Source: Oculina patagonica
Lineage: Eukaryota
Length of the DNA stretch: 64,000 nt
Direction: 5' to 3'
Assembly (NCBI RefSeq): GCF_052425735.1
Contig: NC_135758.1
Coordinates: 4,154,001-4,218,000 of the forward strand
The translations under genes and the position numbers were made by a program. Below are positions 47,850 to 61,088 of the stretch, one piece after another. The notes beneath the pieces were generated by a model that made no database searches, had not been told where the DNA came from, and saw nothing but the letters and a program-made list of their open reading frames with translations. Each line of letters starts with the position of its first letter. The first letter of the stretch is position 1.

Positions 47850-50519
47850 ATGAACAACATAAAAGACGTTTTACAAGCCATCTCTATCGGCGTAATTGTC
47901 GCTACGTTTCTTCTTAACACTGGTCGTGGTTTAAAGGCAATCAATTTATGACAAGAATGTTTGATTTTACTAAGTACTCAAGCACTGGGGAAAGAAAACT
48001 CGAAGAAAACCAATTTGGCAAATTAGTCTACGGTGCGATGTACTTCACAATGTTCAGCGCATAAAAAATTGTGTCATCCCTGATTACACAAATGCAATAA
48101 AATACGGCAGAGAAGTTCTCGCCATGTACCGTGAGCCGGGTGGTGATACAGTGCGCGAAGGTAAATTTTCGATAAAGTTGGCAAAGATATGTGAAGATCA
48201 ATGTAATTACGTACAGGCAAAAGAGTTTTATGAGAGCGCGATCAAGATCATGAGAGAAAATGACAAAAGCAAAGAAGAGGCCTACGCCCAGGAAAAGCTG
48301 GCAGGTATATTTCGTTCTCTTGGTGAATATGTCAAGGAAAAAGAACATCTTGAAAAAGCACTTGCTCTCAGAATAAAAATTGGTGACAAAATGAGAGAAG
48401 CAGCAAACTACGGAGACCTAGGAAATGTGTTTGAACATTTTGGTAAATATGTCGAAGCTAAAAATTATCTCGAGAAAGGACTTGCGATTTGTGTGGAAAT
48501 AGGTCACAAACAAGGAGAGTCGTCATTTTATGGAAACCTAGGAATCGTGTTTTATTCTCTTGGTGAATATGTCGAAGCTAAAAGATATATCAAAAAAGCA
48601 CTGTCTATCGAAATAGAAATTGGTGACAGAAAAGGACAAGCATCATCTTATGGAAAGCTAGGAGCCGTGTATCGAAATCTTGGGGAATATGACAAGGCTA
48701 AAGAAAATCTTGAAAAAGCACTTGCGATCAGAATAGAAATTGGCGACAGAAAAGGGGAAGCATCATCGTATGGAAGCCTAGGACAGGTGTTTCAATCTCT
48801 TGGTGAATATGTCAAAGCTAAAGAATATCACGAGAAAGCACTTGCGATCTTTACTGATATTGGTTTCAGAGAAGGTGAAGCAACAGTTTGCGGAAATCTA
48901 GGAATGGTGCACGTATCTCTTGGTGAAAATGTCATGGCTGAAGGTTATTTTGAGAAGGCGCTTCCAATTTGTCAGGATATTGGAGACGGTGATGGAGAGT
49001 TTCGATGTCATTGTAATCTTTCATTTGTGAAGTTGTCGCAAGGAAAGACCAATGAAGCCTTTTTTCATTTGTCTCTTAGCGTAAAGAAATGCGAAGATTT
49101 ACGAAGTTTTATTCGAGACAACGATCAGTTTAAGATATCTCTCTCAGACATGCACACGTTTCCCTTCAAGATCCTCAGTGCAATGTTTTGTGCTACTGAA
49201 AGTCATCGTGAAGCTCTATATGTTGTGGAGCTAGGACAGCTCGAGCCCTAGCAGATTTGATGGCAGCTCACTACTCAGTTGACAAACAACTCTCAGCTGA
49301 TCCGTATTTACTCGCATTGGTGGGCATTGAAATTGATGTTATGAAGAAGGAAAGAAACTGTTCTTGTCTGTATATTTCTTACTATGGTGAAGAGGTATTT
49401 TTGTGGATTCTCAAAGCAAGCGGATTCGATTTTCGAAACCTAAAAGTAAACAACATTGTTGACGTTGCATCAGCTAGAAATTTAGATGAATTTATAGCTG
49501 CGAGCTCCCTCGTCTTTGGTATTTTCACCGATGAGGATTGCGAAGATCGATCCTTAAATGACATTGAACCAAAAACAAAATCTTCTCCGGGAGAGCTAGA
49601 GAGACCTGCAGCTTTACAAGAAATAAAAGATGACGATAAAGAAACCCTATTGTCTGCGTCGATTCTTTCTTTGTATTCTAAGATGATCATTAGTCCTGTG
49701 GTTGACTTACTTGTGGAACCCGAAATCATCATTGTTCCTGATCCCTCTTTGTATAAAGTGCCATTTGCAGCTTTACGCGATAAAAGTGGGAAGTATTTGT
49801 CAGAGACTTACAGAATCCGAATCGTTCCTTCATTAATGACTCTCAAGCTCATTCAGGACAGTCCAGCAGACTATCACAATCAGACTGGTGCTCTGATAGT
49901 GGGTGATCCTGATGTTGGCAAAGTGCTTTTCAAGGGTCGTCGTATAACCTTCCTACCATTGCCTTGTGCAAGAAAGGAAGCAGAGATGATTGGACAACTG
50001 CTGGGCGTTGAGCCTTTGTTAGGACAGTGCGCAACCAAGCAGGCGGTGCTTGAAAGGTTACATTCAGTGAGTCTGATACACTTTGCTGCTCATGGTAATG
50101 CCGAAAGAGGAGAAATTGCTCTTGCACCTGTGTGCACTGCTACTGCAGTTCCAGGAGAAGAAGATTACCTGTTAACAATGTCAGACATTTCACAAGTTCA
50201 ACTGCGAGCTAAATTGGTAGTACTAAGCTGTTGTCACAGTGGTCGTGGACAGATTAGAGCCGAGGGAGTGGTTGGAATCGCTCGAGCGTTCTTAGGATCC
50301 GGCGCACGTTCAGTGCTGGTGGCACTGTGGGCCCTAGATGATATAGCAACAGAGCAGTTCATGAGACGTTTTTATGAGCACCTTGTTCGTGGGGAAAGTG
50401 CCAGTGAATCTCTTCACGAGGCCATGAAGTGGATGAGAGGTAACGGCTTTACCGAGGTTTCCGAGTGGGCACCGTTTATGCTGATTGGAGATAACGTGAC
50501 ATTTGACTTTGGAAAATAA
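47850..50519 (+). pseudogene. TPR-CHAT copy C (~7 TPR units), disabled
   Basis: ATG at 47850 (MNNIKDVLQAI...), stop at ~47949 and further N-terminal lesions. ORFs 48124-49251 and 49257-50519 are separated by a 1-nt frameshift in ELGRARAL. The CHAT domain is complete (AAHG, LSCC, WAPF). Confidence 0.85.
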
Positions 50520-50531
50520 CTGAAGTAAGTT

Positions 50532-50773
50532 CAATGTTGTAATGTATATAAAATTATTCATATTTGAACATCGGATGTATATGGAAGTGATAAATGATCA
50601 TTGCAGTGAATTTCCAATTTAAGCAATTTGAATAAAAAAGCCAGACAAAAATTCAGGGCTTCAACAAAATTCGAACCCGTTACCTCCTGTTGAAGCCCTG
50701 ATTTTTTTTTCAGGTTTTTTATTCCAGTTGCTTAAATTGGAATTTCGCTGCGATGATTATTTATCACTTCCAA
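50532..50773. mobile_element. Palindromic repeat with a tRNA-like core inserted at the 3'-UTR splice donor of copy C
   Basis: Inverted arms GAAGTGATAAAT...CAGGGCTTCAAC / GTTGAAGCCCTG...ATTTATCACTTC. AAGTAAGTT is duplicated at 50523-50531 and 50774-50782. Confidence 0.65.
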
Positions 50774-53700
50774 AAGTAAGTTTAGTTTACAGAGGAAACA
50801 CTTTCTTAAGTGTTGAAACGAAGTGCATTTGCTTTGCAAGCCTGATCAAAATTAAACTAACTGTTACTTCAATTTGTGAAGCATGGTTGGAATACAAGTA
50901 CAATTGTTATGTCTCCGATTTGGCGTCTCGGTAAATGCTGTTTCATTTAATTCCCCGTGTTTGGTAAAGCCAAAACACGTCTATTGCATCCTTTCATATT
51001 AAAACAAGGGTTCAAAGCCTCCATTGAGTCCAAGTTTTAATACTTTTATTATTATTGCTGTAAATAATGACAGCCTATTAAAAGTACAGCTGATTGTGAT
51101 AATAGCTTAGTGAGCTCACTAAGAGAATAGTTATCAGCATAGATTGATAAAGAAAAAAACACGCAAGTCTGCACTCAGGAAGCCTGTCATTCTCATCAGG
51201 GGCACAGTGACAGACCAGTTAGAGAATTCATGCATAATTTTGACGACAAACGTAGGGTGAAAGCGCGCGCGCGGGGAGACGTTACATTCATCTTTGTATC
51301 CGTTCTGTAACGAACTGTTCAACGAAAAAAACCAACCCAGGGTGAATCTCTCTAACCACGTTTCAAACTGCGGTACCACAGCTGGCCCTACGCGCCTGAG
51401 CCGACAATTATCAATCTATGTAGACTAATTTTCTATACAATATTTGCAAATAGCAAAAGTTCAGTGTCCGAGGTGAAACAGGAAAAGTTCGTTATTTGCG
51501 TTTAAAGTTTCGTCGATAAAATAAAACAAATAACATGAGCAAAAAGTATTTCAGACCCGACAAGCGTTCACAACTAAGTTGTATATACTATTACAAGGCT
51601 TGCTTTTCAAAAATAAATTAACATACAGCAAAAAATAATAATAAACTTACCCACGGAAGGATAAGAGCCAGTCGCGGAACAATCTCGTTTGGTCGTTTTT
51701 ATTTACAGGCTTGCGACAGTAACATGCACGCGCGTACCTTGTTTAAATGATCGCGTTGTGAGCGCGCGCAACCTGGATCGCACACAGTTATGCAATAGAC
51801 AGAAAGAGGAATTCCTTTGAACTTTGAAATTGTTATGTTTTAAAGTTTGGTTTTTGATTATTAGAAGCGAAGAATTAGTTCCATCTTTTTGGGCTCCATT
51901 TTGATATTCAAACCAAGTAGTATTGGAACTGACTAGGTTCCAATATCTTGGCTTTAATCGATCGCTGACAAGCGTCTGGTAGAATTGATCATATTATAAT
52001 ATGAAGTAAACACTTTACTGAATATTATGTTGTCAGACATCTAGGTATTTTTTGATACGTGGAAACTAGTTTCAGTTTTTACAGATGATCGCATCGTTCA
52101 TTCTTCTAACCTTTCTCAGGCCATTTTTTACTGAGGGTGGTAAAGGGTTTTTTCGTGATCCGTGAAAGGCCACTTTATCTCCCGTGAATCGTGAATAGGA
52201 ATCGTGAACCCCGTGGATCGGGTATTTTTTCTCGTATAACGTGATTTGGTTATATGGCCGTGAACCTAAATCAATTTTTTTTCTCGCGGAATGTGACTGT
52301 TAACCGTGATTCTTTCTTCCTTCCAAAAAGTTATCCAGCAAGCGTTTGACTACAAGACTACGTGAGGCAAATAGTAAAAGTCCAAAATTAAAACAAGGTG
52401 TCGCTCTAGAGTGATTTCCCACGTGATAATCATCTCTTTTAAAGCCCTTCCTTATGCACATGCTCACTTGAACTGGGCTAGCTCCAGTCCCCACTGCTCT
52501 AGTGCCGAAGAAATAATTCACGTTGTTTCCGGCTAATTCGTATTCAACAGTCATTCACTCAAACGTCAGAAATTCCATTTTATATAATAACTTGGTTTGT
52601 CTTGTTTTAGGAAAGAAAAGAAGAAAAAAAAACCTATTATCAATGAAGGGCTTCAGGCAGACATCAAGGAAGCAATGAGCTGAGAACCTTCTTGCAAATG
52701 TAAAATATCAAGGCCTTTATTGATTATCTTTTCGTGTCATTGACCGAGAAAGGCATCATATGACGGATATCTGGTGATGTACCACGCATATATTTTTTTT
52801 CAATCGAGAAGTCGAGGAGCTCTCTTTTTCTCCTCAAAATTTTAACGCGTTCTTTACAATGCAATAAGTTAGTCACTTTGATTTCAGTGTATAGAGATTT
52901 CACGATAATAATCATAGTCAGTTCGCATCTACAATCTTTGACAAAACCTTGGCGCAATTGCTGTTTTTCTTACATGAAACATGAAAAATTAAGTAATTTC
53001 CCCTCACCCCCCCCCCCCCCCTTTACAATGTTGCTTAACATGCAAAAAAATAATGCCGTCAATTTCTGCCTACTTTTGCTCACAAACTGAAACGCACTGC
53101 ACAAGGAGTTTGGGCACATTGCGCTATCCAACACTTAAACCGGTGGATGGGGGTGGGTGTGCCAACGAATTTTGTCAATGATGGTAGTCTGCAATCTGAT
53201 CAGTTGAGCTATCGTACACTATATATCAGTCATTTTTGTCCAGTGACTGGAGGTCGTCTACTAAATAGGGACGTTTTCTTGTTTCTCTGAACTTTTGGAA
53301 ATTACTTGATAATTCAATTCCCGGGTATACTAAAAGAAGGACAGTTACCGTTACGCGAGTTTAAAATTTTGAAATTTGCTGGATGAGCGCGTTTACACAG
53401 CTGTTTCAAATGATAATTCAGCCTGTGCGTGATTTTGCGAACTGTGTCAAGTTTATACTTAACATGCAGAGAAATAATTGAAATTCGTTATTTGATAAAA
53501 CTTTAGTGAGAATTCTACTAAAACAATAATGTTATTCGCTCTCGTTTTCTAGATGGTGATAGTTGATACGGCCTTCGGGCCACCTCACTAATTATCACCT
53601 CATAGCAATCTCGAGCTCACAATCAAATTTTTAGTTGGTCCAAGGCTTATAAATATTACACTCTTGTATGATTTGAAGTTGTGTTGCGTATAACCAAGTT

Positions 53701-55645
53701 CAATAAAACACAAATCCACTGACGGACTATTCTGATCTAAAAACAAGCTGACTGTTAAAGGGGCATTGACACGATATTTTAAGTCATTTTTCTGATTACT
53801 TCCAAATTGAAGGAAACCTCAAAATAATGGTTGTGTAATGTAGAAAAACAACAAAGGAGTAATCAAAACCCGAAAATAACCAAGGATGGTTTCGTCTGAC
53901 GAAGATTAAGACAGATTACGACTGACAAACTTGAAAAAACTTGCCAGTTTTTTCAAGATGAGTTGTCCGTGACTGAGCTTCACCTGACTGACCACTTCAA
54001 GGCCTGCTTGGTGGTGTCAGTGCCTGGTTTTCTTAGTGTATGACCTATCGAAGCCCATTTCCTTCTTGCTATCTCGGTTGGTATATGCTCTTGACCTGTC
54101 CTGCTCCAAAGGTCTTTGTCACTAATATTGACAGAGCTTGCGTCACTTCCAGGCCTCACAGAGACATAGAAGAGTGTATATTCACATAAGTAGTAAAGAT
54201 GCGCAACTTGGTTTTGGTGGAAATCGAGGAGGCATTCTAGCTCTGGACCTGTTTGGACTAAAAAGACGCAAAAAAGATATCACCACCACCTAAATTATTG
54301 CCTAACTATAAGCAATGATATAATAAAGAAGAATTTTAAATCCCTGGTGCAATTTTATGGACCTATTCCATTCTCTGAAGACACAGATATCGCTGTAGCT
54401 TAGTGACCAACCTTTTCACTTGTTTGAGGAGGACTGGTTACTGGCATCTTGTACTGCGCATGTAGCACCTGATAAACACAATCACATTACAAATTAGACT
54501 CTTAGGATTGAAAACAGAAGCGGTTACAGATTGGTTCAAGAATTTAGCCCATCGAATTTCAGAGCTAGTCAATATTCAATTTTCAGCACTCGTTTACAAA
54601 CCTATTATCTTTGATTTAATTTGACTGAAGAATTTGGTTTTACAATGATGTGCGTCCAGTATAACTGATACTTGACAAAGTCTTGGATTACTTTTTTGGC
54701 ATCTTGCGGCAACTATGTTTTGATCAATGATAATCAATACGTTTGATGGGGGAGGGGAAGGCGATAGAGTTAACACGAAACGTATCAGAGATATTCAGCC
54801 AGCTCGTGTTGCCATGTAAACGCTGAGCCGCATTTTGATTGGTCAAGACAAACAGAACACAACTGCAAGATATGGAAAGGAAGTAAAGACCAGTTTCATC
54901 TTAATTGATCAATTCATTCATTGTTATGTCGTGCGTATTTAAACATTTTATGACGGGGTATGTATCTAGGAATTGATCAAAGGATTCAGAATAAAAGGCA
55001 TAAAACAAACTGTTGCTTGTACTTTAAACTGGGCTGGCTTTTTCACTCGTTGGCCGTTCATAACCTAGTATTTACGGTGTGCGTCAAGACATAACTAGAG
55101 CAACGGTGCTCATTCCCCTTTAAAAAATAGTTGCTAAATTAACAGACCGAAAAGAATGTCTCAATTACGAAAAAGTTCTTTTCGTCCTAAAAGGATTTGC
55201 ATATAGCCTGATCCAATCACTATACCGTAATAATAATAAATAGAAATTCTTACATCGCTAATGTCAGATTTTCACTTTCCAATCACAAGTAAACTTCCTC
55301 TCTCTTGCGCGAATTTTAATAATTATAGCGACGAACTGATTGGACGTAAAGACTTGCTTTCGGTTCTAAATCTCAATAAGTTTGATTTAGCCAACATGAA
55401 ATGATTTGATCGAAGTGAGCCCGACTGCTTCACATCTCAACAGTGAACAAGATGAGAAATAGACCACAAACACTGGTTTAAGAATTCCCAAAACGCCCAT
55501 CGGGGTAAAAGAGGTCGTCCCAAGTTGAATGTGTAAATTGATGGTGGACCAAAATTCTCATAACGAACAGACGATATAATAAGTAGATGATTTAGATGTG
55601 GACATTTTGAAATCTAATGAGAGAACATTTTGATATACAATTAAG

Positions 55646-56165
55646 TATAAAAATTAGCGAAAATAAGCCACGACGTTTCGAACTCATCTTGAGTTCATTA
55701 TCAAGTAGATAAGAATAAAATAACGGTCGAGTTTAAGTTTAAATGCAAATAGAGGTAAAAGAAGTGTTTCGCGGTCATTAGCGTTCACAGTGTTAGTGCG
55801 TGCTGCATTCAAATCCACGGTGTCGTGAGTCCTGACATAAGAAATATGTTTTCCGTTTTAAAGAAATGCCAAGGGAAACTGGATTGTTTAGTAGACGAAA
55901 TGCTTTTAATTCGCGAGAGAAAACCAGCACTAAACACGCAGGCGGACTCAATACGTGCGAAAGTATTTTCCTAATTAAATGCAGCACGCACTAACACTGT
56001 GAACGCTAATGACCGCGAAACACTTCTTTTAAAATATTCTTATATACTCTATCACCTCTATTTGCATTTAAACTTTAACTCGACCGTTATTTTATTCTTA
56101 TCTACTTGATAATGAACTCAAGATGAGTTCGAAACGTCGTGGCTTATTTTCGCTAATTTTTGTAC
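55646..56165 (+). mobile_element. Penelope-like element 3' fragment with an inverted pseudo-LTR
   Basis: ~165-bp inverted arms flank a + strand peptide FSVLKKCQGKLDCLVDEMLLIRERKPALNTQADSIRAKVFS*, typical of the PLE GIY-YIG C-terminus. Confidence 0.8.
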
Positions 56166-57114
56166 ATTTTGAAATGTTTAAAGAATAAATACAATATCGA
56201 ACAAGAATCCAATCCATCACTGTTTTTGAGCGAATTATTCCCTGTAGAAATTTCAATTGATGATTTATTTTTCGATCACGCGACTCTTTCTGATATCGAA
56301 AATCTTTTCACAATATTCGTATGTTATACATCTACACTCGTTCGTAATTATTCACCGATAATTCCGTTGATCTACACCCTTTCATGATGCACTTCACTCT
56401 AAAATCCAAAAATTCTCCTTCGGTTGACGTTTGTTCTTGAGTCAATAAGTCACGTATAATTTATGCCCATAATTAAGTTCTTACATTTTCTTTCGGCATT
56501 TCTTTAAAAACGCTTATAACAGAAGTCATCATGAACAAAATAAAAGAACTGAAGCGGATCTGGCAGGTTAAAGAACGGAGTTGGAGAAAACGAATCCCCT
56601 TGGGGGTCCAGGCCTTTGGAAATGTGATTTTCTAGCGTTTTGAGAAGAAATTGGGAGTTTTGTGGTACATGTAACTAGTTGAAAAATAAATTCTCAATCA
56701 TCCATTGTGTTTTGGAAAATGAAAAACTGACACTTCCTTGTAGGTAGGATCTGACTAGGAAAATTTCATTTTCTAATTTCCTAGAGCAACGAATCACGGG
56801 TTTTTTGGTATTTTTACTTTCCAAAGCGAACAGTATAAAATGAACTTGACAGTGTAGTTCATTCGATGCGAGGAATACAAGCAAGCAAGCTTAAGACTTT
56901 CGTTTCAATGTCGGTGTGGTAAGTGTAACAAACCTTGTACTATATTCATTATTTTTACCATTTAAACGAAATAGAAGTATTACAAAACTTGTTGTATAAG
57001 GAGACGTTTTGTGACAATAGTTTACATGTATGACGTGAATGTGTACAGTCAAGCTGGTATTAAATGGACAGCCTTTATTACTAGCATCTAGTTTAGTTGC
57101 AGACATGGTAGCAT

Positions 57115-57340
57115 AATATAGACCTCCAAAACCGCTTAGTTCTTCGTCAGCAAATCAACTGCAAGTTCCTGGATCAAATTTCAAAACATAGGGTGACAAA
57201 GCGTTTAGTTTAGCCTCTCTCTCGTTATGGAACTCTCTTCCCAGGAGCAATACTTGCTCAGCCACTAAGTATACTATACCACAACACTCACAATTTCTTC
57301 TCAAAAAAAATAAAAAAGTCCTCTTGAGACAAACATTCGG
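57115..57340 (+). mobile_element. Degenerate L2 LINE ORF2 3' fragment
   Basis: Translates as YRPPKPLSSS...KT*GDKAFS...LWNSLP. Confidence 0.6.
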
Positions 57341-58249
57341 ATAAAATGGGTGGACATTCTCGGTTTACCACTATTTAGCATCTATTGCGATTTACTAAGT
57401 TAGATGTGGGAAAATACGGTTGATTTCTTTACTTATGAGAGCAGTAAAATCCCTTATTTCAAAATCGATCCAGACCTATTAGTACAAAAGTATAAACGAA
57501 GGTAAATTGGATCCCTCACTTGCCATTACAGTAAAATCAAAGAGGAAGTTAGGTTCGAACCTCATCTTAGGATAATAAAGGATGTTAGTCAAGGAGTGGC
57601 GGTAACCAGAATGTGGATTTTATGTAACTTACTATCGAAACTACCGACTGCTAAATGTCTTGGCATGTCGTTGTACTGTTTTCCCGTATCGTTTAGGTTC
57701 TTTTAAAGGGATATTTGTGTAAACTAACACAGTTAAATCTTTTCGGATTTACTAGCTGAATATTTTAGTGGTAGAAACTTTTAGGAAACAAAATCTCACT
57801 ACCCGAAATTGCGAGCTGTTGTAACCTTTCCGAAAATTGAAGCTGGCTTTTTTCCGTACCGAAAAACAACATTTTTACCCTCTCCGAAAACAACAGGTGT
57901 TATATTTCCCATATTACGAAGGTTCGAGGTGACGTTTCACTAAAGAAAATCTCAGGGGATAACAGGCCGAACAGATATTTACCAAAATGATAAGTTGTGT
58001 GCCCCTGAAACTAGTTCAGGATGTCTGGAGATAAGACTACTGTCCATTGTGTGAATCGTCCACTGGTAACGAGTTCCATGATCTCATTTCGCATCAGTAA
58101 ACGTGTCTTCTCCAAGTATATTTTATTTTATTTTCATTGAACTAGCGAGGCGCTATTTTCTATATTTTGGCTATATAAGTGGGAGGAAGCATTTAGAGTT
58201 AACTAGTTATTTTAAACCATTGTAACAATTTTGTTATATTATTTAGTTC

Positions 58250-58630
58250 CCGTATTTATTCAATTAAGCGCCCTGGGCGCTTATTAAATTTTTGGATCTT
58301 CAGAGAGGGCGCTTATTCGAGGCTGGGCGCTTATGAAATTTTCACCATTTTCAGCAAGTATTAAGTTTAATTTGCAACAAAACAATAAATAATAACAAAA
58401 CGTGAAGATGTACCAAAACAGAATTTTAACTGTTAATTGAAAGTTTCTGTAAAATACTAAGAAAACTCGGTCTTCGGGGAAGTCTCTCAGTAGTACTTAG
58501 TCACTTTTCAATCTCTTTGTAACTAAGGTCAATCAGCAAACTCTCCGAGGCTGGGCGCTTATTAACTATTCCTACCTTCATGCAGAGTGGGCGTTTATTC
58601 GAGATTGGGCGCTTAATCGAATAAATACGG
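58250..58630. mobile_element. Tc1/pogo-type MITE
   Basis: CCGTATTTATT...AATAAATACGG|TA with internal GGGCGCTTATT repeats. Confidence 0.75.
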
Positions 58631-58814
58631 TATGTAGAATGTAATTTTTTATTGCTATATTAGCAATGAAATTTTCAAGTTGAAGAAAAAGTCATTTAAG
58701 ATTATTTTTTTAACTAAGCGGTGGAAATTACAGTATCAGGTTATTCTGTAACGACAACGGTTAATTTTACTTTAATTTGTACATCTTTTTATAATATTTA
58801 CAGAATAGGACGAC

Positions 58815-61088
58815 ATGAATGACATAGAAGAAGTACTTCTTGCGCTCTTCATCGGCTTAGTTGTTGCTACTTTCCTTCTCAAGACTGGTCGTACTCTAAA
58901 AGCCATCGAGATATGCAAAGAATGTTTGTTTTTCCAAAATAATGAAGTACAGAAAAAAGAAGCTCAACTTATCAATTTATTTACCATTGGTGTCTATCGA
59001 GCAATGTTCGACGCATATTGTCTTCTCACTGATTACACAAATGCAATTAAATACGGCAGGGAACTTCTTGTCATTTACAGGGAATGTGGTGAAACAGCCG
59101 AAGAAGGAAATATTACCACAGCACTAGCCGACATATATAAAAGACAATATAAATATGTGGAGGCAAGAGAACTTTATGAATGAGCGATCAACATCATGAA
59201 AGAAATTGGCCATAGAAAAGGAGAAGCATACGCGTATGGACAATTCGGAATTATGTCTCATCGTCTTGGCGAATATGTTAAAGCTAAAGAATATCTTTAG
59301 AAAGCTCTTACAATCATAATTGAAATTGGCGACAGAGTGACAGAAGCAACCTGTTACGGAAACCTAGGGGCTGTGTTTAGATCTCTTTCTGAAAACGTCA
59401 AAGCTAAAGAATATCACGAGAAAGCACTTGCGATAAGAATTGAAATTGGTGACAGAGAAGGAGAAGCAACTGGTTATGGAAACCTTAGATCTGTGTTTCA
59501 ATCTCTTGGTGAATATGACAAAGCCAAAGAACATCACAAGAAAGCACTTGCAATCAGACTTCAAATTGGCGACAAGGTAGGAGAAGCATCATCTTACGGA
59601 AATCTAGGAACTGTGTTTAGTTATCTTGGTGAATACGACATAGCTAAAGAACATCTTGAAAAAGCACTTGCCATCAGAATTACAATTGGTGACAAAGCAG
59701 GAGAAGCAACAAATTACGGAAACCTAGGAACTGTGTTCTTTTCTCTTGCTGAATATGATAAAGCTAAAGGATATCTAGAAAAATCACTTGCAATCGGAAT
59801 GGAAATTGGCGACAGAGCAGGAGAAGCAGTAGCTTACGGAAACCTAGGAACTGTGTTTCATTCTCTCGGTGATTTTCGAAGGGCTAAAGAAAATATTGAG
59901 AAAGCACTTGCGATCAGAATTGAAATTGGCGACAGAGAAGGAGAAGCAAGAGATTACGGAAACCTAGGAGCTGTGTTTCAAAGTCTTGGTGAATATGATA
60001 AAGCTAAAGAATATCACGAAAAAGCACTTGTGATCAAAATTGAAATTGGCGACAGTGCAGGAGAAGCAGCAAGTTACGGAAACCTAGGGATTGTGTCTCA
60101 ATCTGTTGGTGAATATGTCGCGTCCGAAGGTTATCTGGAGAAGGCACTTTCAATTAGTCAAGATACTGGAGACGCCCACCAGGAATTTTTATGGTATTGT
60201 AACCTCACATTGTTGAAGTTATCCCAAGAAAAGATCCGGGAAGCGTTTCACTATCTGCTTCTGGGTATTAAAAAAGGCGAAGATTTGCGCGGTTTCCTGA
60301 GAGACAATGATCAGTTTAAGATAGCATTTTCAGATGTCCACGATTTTCCCTACCGTAAGTTTAGTGCATTCTTTTGTGTTTATGGGAGCCCTAACAATGC
60401 CCTTTATGTTTTAGAGCTGGCGCGGGCTAGAGCTCTAGCAGACTTGATGGCGACTCAGTACTCTGTTGAAAGACAAATCTCAGCTAATCCGCGATCGTGG
60501 ATTGGTATTGAGAATATTATGAAAAAAGAAAATAGCTGCGTTTGTCTCTACATTTCTTATTATCGAGAAGATGTGTTTTTGTGGATTCTAAAGACAAGCG
60601 GAGTCATTCACTTTCAAAGAATAACAGTAAATGAAAGCATTTTTGGTGCCGGATTTGTTTCCAGTTTGCATGATTTTTTCTCCAAAAGCTTTCGCAGCTT
60701 AGGTATTTTATCCCAGTAAGACTGTGAAGATCGATCTTTAAACGGCATTGAACCCAAACCGAAATTTTCTCAGGAAGAGATACTCGCAGATTTGCGCCTT
60801 GTAAAAGAGAAAGATGATGATGAAGACGACAATCAAGATCCTGAACCGAGTCTTCCTTTGTTATACAAAATGATCATCGCTCCTGTTGCTGACTTACTTG
60901 ATGAGCCTGAAATCATCCTTGTTCCTGATCGCTCTTTGTACCAGGTTCCATTTGCAGCATTAACTGATGAAAGTGGGAAGTATTTATCAGAGACTTTAAG
61001 GATCCGCATCGTTCCTTCATTGACGACTGTCAAGCTCATTCAGGACAGTCCAGCAGACTATTACAGTCAGACTGGTGCACTGATAGTG
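58815..61088 (+). pseudogene. TPR-CHAT copy D (~9 TPR units), three in-frame stops, interrupted before the catalytic core
   Basis: Same-frame ORFs 58815-59183, 59337-60719 and 60792 onward. Stops at 59181, ~59298 and 60717. Homology to A ends at GALIV (61088). Confidence 0.88.

Noticed and set aside
53755-55123. Second TTAA-flanked Kolobok-like element (TTAA|AGGGGC...CCCCT|TTAA)
   Set aside because: The TIR match is only ~5-8 bp, and the apparent right end matches host sequence conserved at ~22684-22705. At most a left-end remnant.
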